A stretch of 64,000 bases of DNA. Source: Archaeoglobus sp. JdFR-37 (GTDB lineage Archaea; Halobacteriota; Archaeoglobi; Archaeoglobales; Archaeoglobaceae). Both the position numbers and the translations under genes were made by a program. Under the pieces are notes generated by a model, which was not told the origin of the DNA, ran no database searches, and saw nothing but the letters and a program-made list of their open reading frames with translations. The stretch is taken from NCBI GenBank assembly GCA_002010215.1, contig MTMY01000031.1, positions 1 through 64,000 of the forward strand. The letters are read 5' to 3'. Positions 59,376 through 64,000 of this stretch are shown in pieces (the first letter of the stretch is position 1; every line of letters begins with the position of its first letter).

Positions 59376-60032
59376 ATGTTAGTTTATTTGGCTGTATTCT
59401 TCGCAGGTATTATTTCGGTAATCTCTCCGTGCGTATTGCCCCTCATTCCTGTTATCTTTGCGAGTTCTATGGGAAAGCCTATGAAAGGTTTATTTGTGGT
59501 TCTTGGCATGATTCTAAGCTTTACCGTCCTAGGAGCACTTTTTGGGACTCTAGGCACTATAATTCCCTTTAGGGAATTTGGATATCTTTTCCTTTTGGGT
59601 TTTGCTTTTATTCTTATCTCAGACAGGATGTATCTTCACTACTCAACATTTGCTTCAAGGCATACTGTAGTGTATAATGGAGCATCTCCCTTTATTCTAG
59701 GCGCTGCTCTTGGCTTCATATGGTCTCCATGTATTGGTCCCATTATGGGCTCTGTGCTGAGCCTGGCCATGATTGAAGGCTCACCTTTGAAAGGCTCCTT
59801 GCTGATGCTAATCTATGGTCTAGGTCTGGCTGTTTCTATTGCGACCATTCTCAAAGCATCCTCTAAAATCAAGATATCGCACTCCATGGAGAACATCCGA
59901 AAGTTTGCTGGCATCATCATCTTGACTTATGTGGTTTTAGAAGTGTCCGGAATTATGACGTCTTTCCAGATCTTTATCTCCCAGTATACTTTTGGAATAG
60001 AAGAGAAAATAGCAGAATTCTTCAATCTTTAG
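59376..60032 (+). CDS. ccdA: CcdA/DsbD-type thiol-disulfide membrane transporter
   Basis: SPCVLPLIP and WSPCIGP; 6 TM segments. Confidence 0.9.
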   Translation: MLVYLAVFFAGIISVISPCVLPLIPVIFASSMGKPMKGLFVVLGMILSFTVLGALFGTLGTIIPFREFGYLFLLGFAFILISDRMYLHYSTFASRHTVVYNGASPFILGAALGFIWSPCIGPIMGSVLSLAMIEGSPLKGSLLMLIYGLGLAVSIATILKASSKIKISHSMENIRKFAGIIILTYVVLEVSGIMTSFQIFISQYTFGIEEKIAEFFNL

Positions 60033-60043
60033 AGGTTCAGTTT

Positions 60044-60955
60044 TCAATCTTTAAACTCAACTTCAAGACTCATGAAGTCTTCAGCAACTATTACATTTTT
60101 GAAGGTTGCTCTGGTATCATCAAGGAGTGGTTTGGAATCTTTAGAGTATCTGGCACTTATATGGGTAAGAATTAACTGCCTCACTCCAGCAAGTCGAGCA
60201 ATCTCAGCAGCCTCCTTAGCTGTGGAGTGCTTAGTTTCCTCAGCCCATTCCTGAAGGTCGGAGGTGAAGCTGGCGTCATGGATGAGAACATCAGCGTTCT
60301 TGGCAATTCTTATGGTTCTTTCACATGGCCTTGTATCGCCAGTGTAAACTATTTTTCTCCCCCTTCTCGCCTCTCCAAGAACCATGTCGGGTGTGATGAC
60401 TTCTCCGTTCCACACAATACTCTCTCCAGAGGCAAGTTTTGCATATAGGGGGCCTGGAGGAATACCAAGCTCTTCAGCTTTCTTTCTATCAAATTTGCCT
60501 CTTCTGTCCTTCTCTATTAACGCGTAACCAAGACTTTTAACTATGTGGTCTGTTTCAAAGGCAACAACTCGAAATTCTCCAAAATCCACAACATCTCCAT
60601 CCTTCAGCTCTATAACTCTCACAGGGAAGCCAAGATGCTCGTATCCAAACATCTTGAACAGATTCCTCAAAAAGTTTGCATTTGGGGCATAGAATGTTAT
60701 GGGTTCTTCTCTTCCATTTAAGGACATTGTTTCAAGCAGTCCGAAGCTACCTATGAAGTGGTCGGTATGGAGGTGAGTTATGAACACGCTGCTAATTCTG
60801 AATCCAGTTTTTGTCTTCATCATCTGTCTTTGCGTACCTTCACCGCAATCAAAGAGAATCCTCACTCCTTCACGCTGTACAAGTATTGAGGATGGATTTC
60901 TTTCAATGCTTGGAACTGTGCCAGCAGTGCCAAGGAATGTAATTTTTAAAAGCAT
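60044..60955 (-). CDS. rnz: Ribonuclease Z
   Basis: FLGT, DCGEGTQ, THLHTDH, GP exosite, YTGDT, HST, H.S.RY. Confidence 0.96.
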   Translation of the reverse strand: MLLKITFLGTAGTVPSIERNPSSILVQREGVRILFDCGEGTQRQMMKTKTGFRISSVFITHLHTDHFIGSFGLLETMSLNGREEPITFYAPNANFLRNLFKMFGYEHLGFPVRVIELKDGDVVDFGEFRVVAFETDHIVKSLGYALIEKDRRGKFDRKKAEELGIPPGPLYAKLASGESIVWNGEVITPDMVLGEARRGRKIVYTGDTRPCERTIRIAKNADVLIHDASFTSDLQEWAEETKHSTAKEAAEIARLAGVRQLILTHISARYSKDSKPLLDDTRATFKNVIVAEDFMSLEVEFKD

Positions 60956-61043
60956 GAATGTAGAAAACGAGGCTTGATTTTAAAGTTTTTTAAAGAATTT
61001 TAGAATAGGTTGGAATAAGTATGTGGAGATAAGCTCTTTAGAG

Positions 61044-61364
61044 TCAACTCTCCAGAACAATCTCTATGTTTACATCTTTAGGCACTTGTATCCTCATTAT
61101 CTGGCGAAGTGTTCTTTCATCTGCAGCTATGTCTATCAGTCTTTTATGTACTCTCATCTCCCAGTGATCCCAGGTCTCACTGCCTTCCCCGTCAGGGGCC
61201 TTTCTAACTGGCACAACCATTCTCTTGGTTGGCAGAGGTACTGGACCGCTGATCTCCACTCCTGTCTTCTGGGCTATCTCCTTGATCTGATTGCATATCC
61301 TGTCAAGATTCTTTGGATCGAGGCCTGAAAGCCTTATTCTAGCTCTGTACCCTTTTATTGCCAT
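61044..61364 (-). CDS. rpsJ: 30S ribosomal protein S10 (uS10)
   Basis: [23 protein letters not shown]. Confidence 0.97.
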   Translation of the reverse strand: MAIKGYRARIRLSGLDPKNLDRICNQIKEIAQKTGVEISGPVPLPTKRMVVPVRKAPDGEGSETWDHWEMRVHKRLIDIAADERTLRQIMRIQVPKDVNIEIVLES

Positions 61365-61410
61365 TTTCAACACCTTTAAACTCTTTATGAATTAAGTAAA
61401 AAATAAGGAA

Positions 61411-62682
61411 TTATTTTCTTGGGGTCAGGTCGAGCACCATTCCAGCAGCTACAGTCATACCCATATCTCTGATGGCGAACCTGCCAAGCGGTGGGACCTC
61501 TTTGACCTTCTCAATAACCATTGGTCTGGTGGGTTCCATCTTGACAACGGCAGCGTCTCCAGTTTTCAGGAATTGTGGGTTCTCCTCCTTCACCTGACCA
61601 GTTCTGGGGTCAAGCTTCTTCTGCAGCTCAACGAACCTGCATGCCACCTGGGCTGTATGGGCGTGCACGACAGGAGTGTAGCCAACTGTGATTGCGGTGG
61701 GGTGCTGCAGTACAACGATCTGGGCTGTGAAGTCCCTAACCACTGTTGGTGGGTTGTCAGTGTGTCCACAAACATCTCCACGCCTGATGTCATTCTTGCT
61801 CACACCACGGACGTTGAAGCCAATGTTGTCACCAGGTTCTGCCTGCTGAATTGCCTCATGGTGCATTTCAATGCTTTTTACTTCTCCAGTCACTCCTGGG
61901 GGCTCGAAGATGACCTTGTCACCAACTTTCAGAACACCAGTCTCAACTCTGCCAACTGGAACGGTACCAACGCCGCTAATAGAGTAAACATCCTGAATCG
62001 GAATGCGGAGTGGCTTGTCAACAGGCTTCTCTGGGGGCTTGAACATATCCAAGGCTTCAAATATGGTCGGACCGTTATACCAAGGTGTTCTCTCACTCTT
62101 CTTGAGGATATTGTCACCATTGTATGCAGACACTGGGATGAACGGAACCTGATCAGGTTTGTAGCCAACCATCTGGATGAGCTTTGCAACCTGTTCCTTG
62201 ACTTCCTCGTATTTCTTCTGATCGTAGTTAACTCTGTCCATCTTGTTTATTGCTACTATGAGCTGGTTGATACCTAGGGTTCTTGCAAGAAAGACGTGTT
62301 CTTTCGTCTGTGGCTGGACACCCTCAGCAGCATCAACGACCAGAACAGCACCATCTGCCTGAGAGGCGCCGGTAATCATGTTCTTGATGAAGTCCTTGTG
62401 GCCTGGGCAGTCCACAATTGTAACTTCGAACTTCTGGGTCTGGAATTTCCTGTGTGCTACATCTATTGTCAGACCTCTCTCCCTCTCCTCTTTGAGCCTG
62501 TCCATAACCCATGCAAACTCGAAAGTAGCCTTACCCTTCTCCTGTGCCTCTTTTCTATACTTCTCAATAATATGCTCTGGAATTTCTCCAGCTTCATAGA
62601 GCAATCTTCCAATAAGGGTCGACTTTCCGTGGTCTACGTGCCCGATCATGGCAACGTTAATGTGCTCCTTCTCCTTTGCCAT
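61411..62682 (-). CDS. tuf: Translation elongation factor EF-1alpha
   Basis: [28 protein letters not shown]. Confidence 0.98.
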   Translation of the reverse strand: MAKEKEHINVAMIGHVDHGKSTLIGRLLYEAGEIPEHIIEKYRKEAQEKGKATFEFAWVMDRLKEERERGLTIDVAHRKFQTQKFEVTIVDCPGHKDFIKNMITGASQADGAVLVVDAAEGVQPQTKEHVFLARTLGINQLIVAINKMDRVNYDQKKYEEVKEQVAKLIQMVGYKPDQVPFIPVSAYNGDNILKKSERTPWYNGPTIFEALDMFKPPEKPVDKPLRIPIQDVYSISGVGTVPVGRVETGVLKVGDKVIFEPPGVTGEVKSIEMHHEAIQQAEPGDNIGFNVRGVSKNDIRRGDVCGHTDNPPTVVRDFTAQIVVLQHPTAITVGYTPVVHAHTAQVACRFVELQKKLDPRTGQVKEENPQFLKTGDAAVVKMEPTRPMVIEKVKEVPPLGRFAIRDMGMTVAAGMVLDLTPRK

Positions 62683-62745
62683 ATCACATCATCCTCCCTT
62701 TTTTCTCTTTTAGAGGGGCTAAAAATTTGTGGGTATATAAAACTT

Positions 62746-64000
62746 TCACCCTACAAAGTCCTCAGGCTTTGGAAGCTCAAGCTTCAAGCCTTTCCTTTTT
62801 CTTACCTCCATAACAAAGTTTTCAAGCAATCCCTGTGGGATGGGTTCAAATCCTGCATGTTCAACACTCCACAAAGCCTTACCTGATGTTGCACTTCTTA
62901 TAGCTCCCGCAAATCCAAACATTTCCTTAACAGGAGCCTTTGCAACCACTGTCACCATATCTCCTTCTGTGCGCATCTCCAGTATCTGCCCCCTTCTTCC
63001 CTGAATCTCTTTGGTAACATTGCCGAGCATGTCCTGTGGGACGGTGATGAAGACCTTCTGATATGGTTCCAGCAGTGTCGGCTGAGCCTGGAGTACAGCC
63101 GCGAATATGGCAGATCTGACAGCAGGAATCACCTGAGCTGGACCTCTGTGGACAGCATCTTCGTGGAGCTTACAGTCAACCAGCTTAACCTTAACACCCA
63201 TCATGGGTTCTCTTGCCAGCGGACCTGCTCTCATAGCTTCTCTGAAACCCTCCAGTATTAATTCCATGGTCTCATTCAGGTATTGAATACCCTTTGTGAC
63301 ATCGCAGAACACGTTACCCTCGTAGTACTCCTGAATTCCTGCTGCCTCCTCTTTGGCAAGTCCTGCTTCTTCAAGAATTCTCCTGCGCTCCTTCTTATCC
63401 ATCTTCATGTCTACTTCGCCCTCTTTGAACTTCCTGATTACCTCTTGCGGGAGGGGTTCGACGGTTATGTAGAATCTATTGTGCTTGTTTGGTGATTTAC
63501 CTTCAACAACAGGTGAAGTTGAGGTTACAGTTTCTCTGAAGACCACGATGGGCGGGGATGTAACAACATCGATACCGAAATCTCTTCTTATCCTCTCAAC
63601 TCTCACCTCAAGATGCAGCTCACCCATTCCGCTCATCAGGTGCTCTCCTGTTTCCTCATTAAGGGTAACTTGAAGGGTCGGGTCCTCTTTTGCAAGTTTT
63701 CTCAGCACTTCAATCAGCTTCGGGAGGTCCCTTGGGTTCTTGGCTTCGATAGCCATTGTAACAACCGGCTCGCTGATGTGCTTGATGGACTCAAACGGCA
63801 CAAAATTCTCCAGATTGCTGCAGGTTGAACCGGCAACAGCATCCTTAAGACCTACAACAGCCACTATGTTGCCAGCAGGGATTTCCGGCACTTCTACACG
63901 CCTTGGCCCCATGAAGAGGCCGATGGTCTGGACTCTGTTCTTTGTCTTTCTGTCAATCAGGAACAGCTCAAGCCCCGGCTTCAGCGTTCCGCTGTAAAGT
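62746..64000 (-). CDS. fusA: Translation elongation factor EF-2 (5' part outside the window)
   Basis: Frame is open to the window edge; [25 protein letters not shown] (diphthamide His). Confidence 0.97.
   Translation of the reverse strand, partial: LYSGTLKPGLELFLIDRKTKNRVQTIGLFMGPRRVEVPEIPAGNIVAVVGLKDAVAGSTCSNLENFVPFESIKHISEPVVTMAIEAKNPRDLPKLIEVLRKLAKEDPTLQVTLNEETGEHLMSGMGELHLEVRVERIRRDFGIDVVTSPPIVVFRETVTSTSPVVEGKSPNKHNRFYITVEPLPQEVIRKFKEGEVDMKMDKKERRRILEEAGLAKEEAAGIQEYYEGNVFCDVTKGIQYLNETMELILEGFREAMRAGPLAREPMMGVKVKLVDCKLHEDAVHRGPAQVIPAVRSAIFAAVLQAQPTLLEPYQKVFITVPQDMLGNVTKEIQGRRGQILEMRTEGDMVTVVAKAPVKEMFGFAGAIRSATSGKALWSVEHAGFEPIPQGLLENFVMEVRKRKGLKLELPKPEDFVG

Noticed and set aside
61573..62886. 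Long plus-strand ORFs
   Set aside because: Antisense to the codon-biased EF-1alpha/EF-2 genes.
1..64000. CRISPR array, rRNA or tRNA genes
   Set aside because: No regularly spaced repeats and no cloverleaf or rRNA-like tracts were seen. The spacer after rps10 (60956-61043) is AT-rich with no tRNA.

Overview
Gene-dense window from an anaerobic euryarchaeon, most likely Archaeoglobales. This placement is an inference from a DUF22 protein, Ftr, CofD, EgsA, GatD, archaeal RibC, EF-1alpha/EF-2/S10 and archaeal BRE/TATA promoters. Most of the window is housekeeping: glyA, pyrF, hxlB, dapF, thiI, egsA, htpX, argH, gatD, ftr, ftsZ, cofD, ribC/H, rnz, rps10, tuf and a partial EF-2 gene. Five parts stand out. 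(1) At 1-5000, two MtaA/UroD-family corrinoid methyltransferases are interleaved with small cysteine/sulfur-carrier proteins (DsrE, OsmC, CMD, TusA, DUF6951-like) and a truncated NarI-like remnant; a RACo-type corrinoid activase lies at 17-18.7 kb. (2) An mre11-rad50-nurA-HAS-herA operon has a non-canonical Rad50 zinc hook. (3) A single-hairpin H/ACA guide RNA candidate lies at about 36.84 kb. (4) A non-canonical CooS is flanked by a Ni permease, an unannotated 52-aa Cys/His-rich gene and a divergent wHTH-PAS regulator. (5) An unannotated cdrS sits upstream of ftsZ, with helically phased GACA boxes in its promoter. No rRNA, tRNA, CRISPR array or intact mobile element was seen. All family assignments come from recognising motifs by eye, not from database searches.
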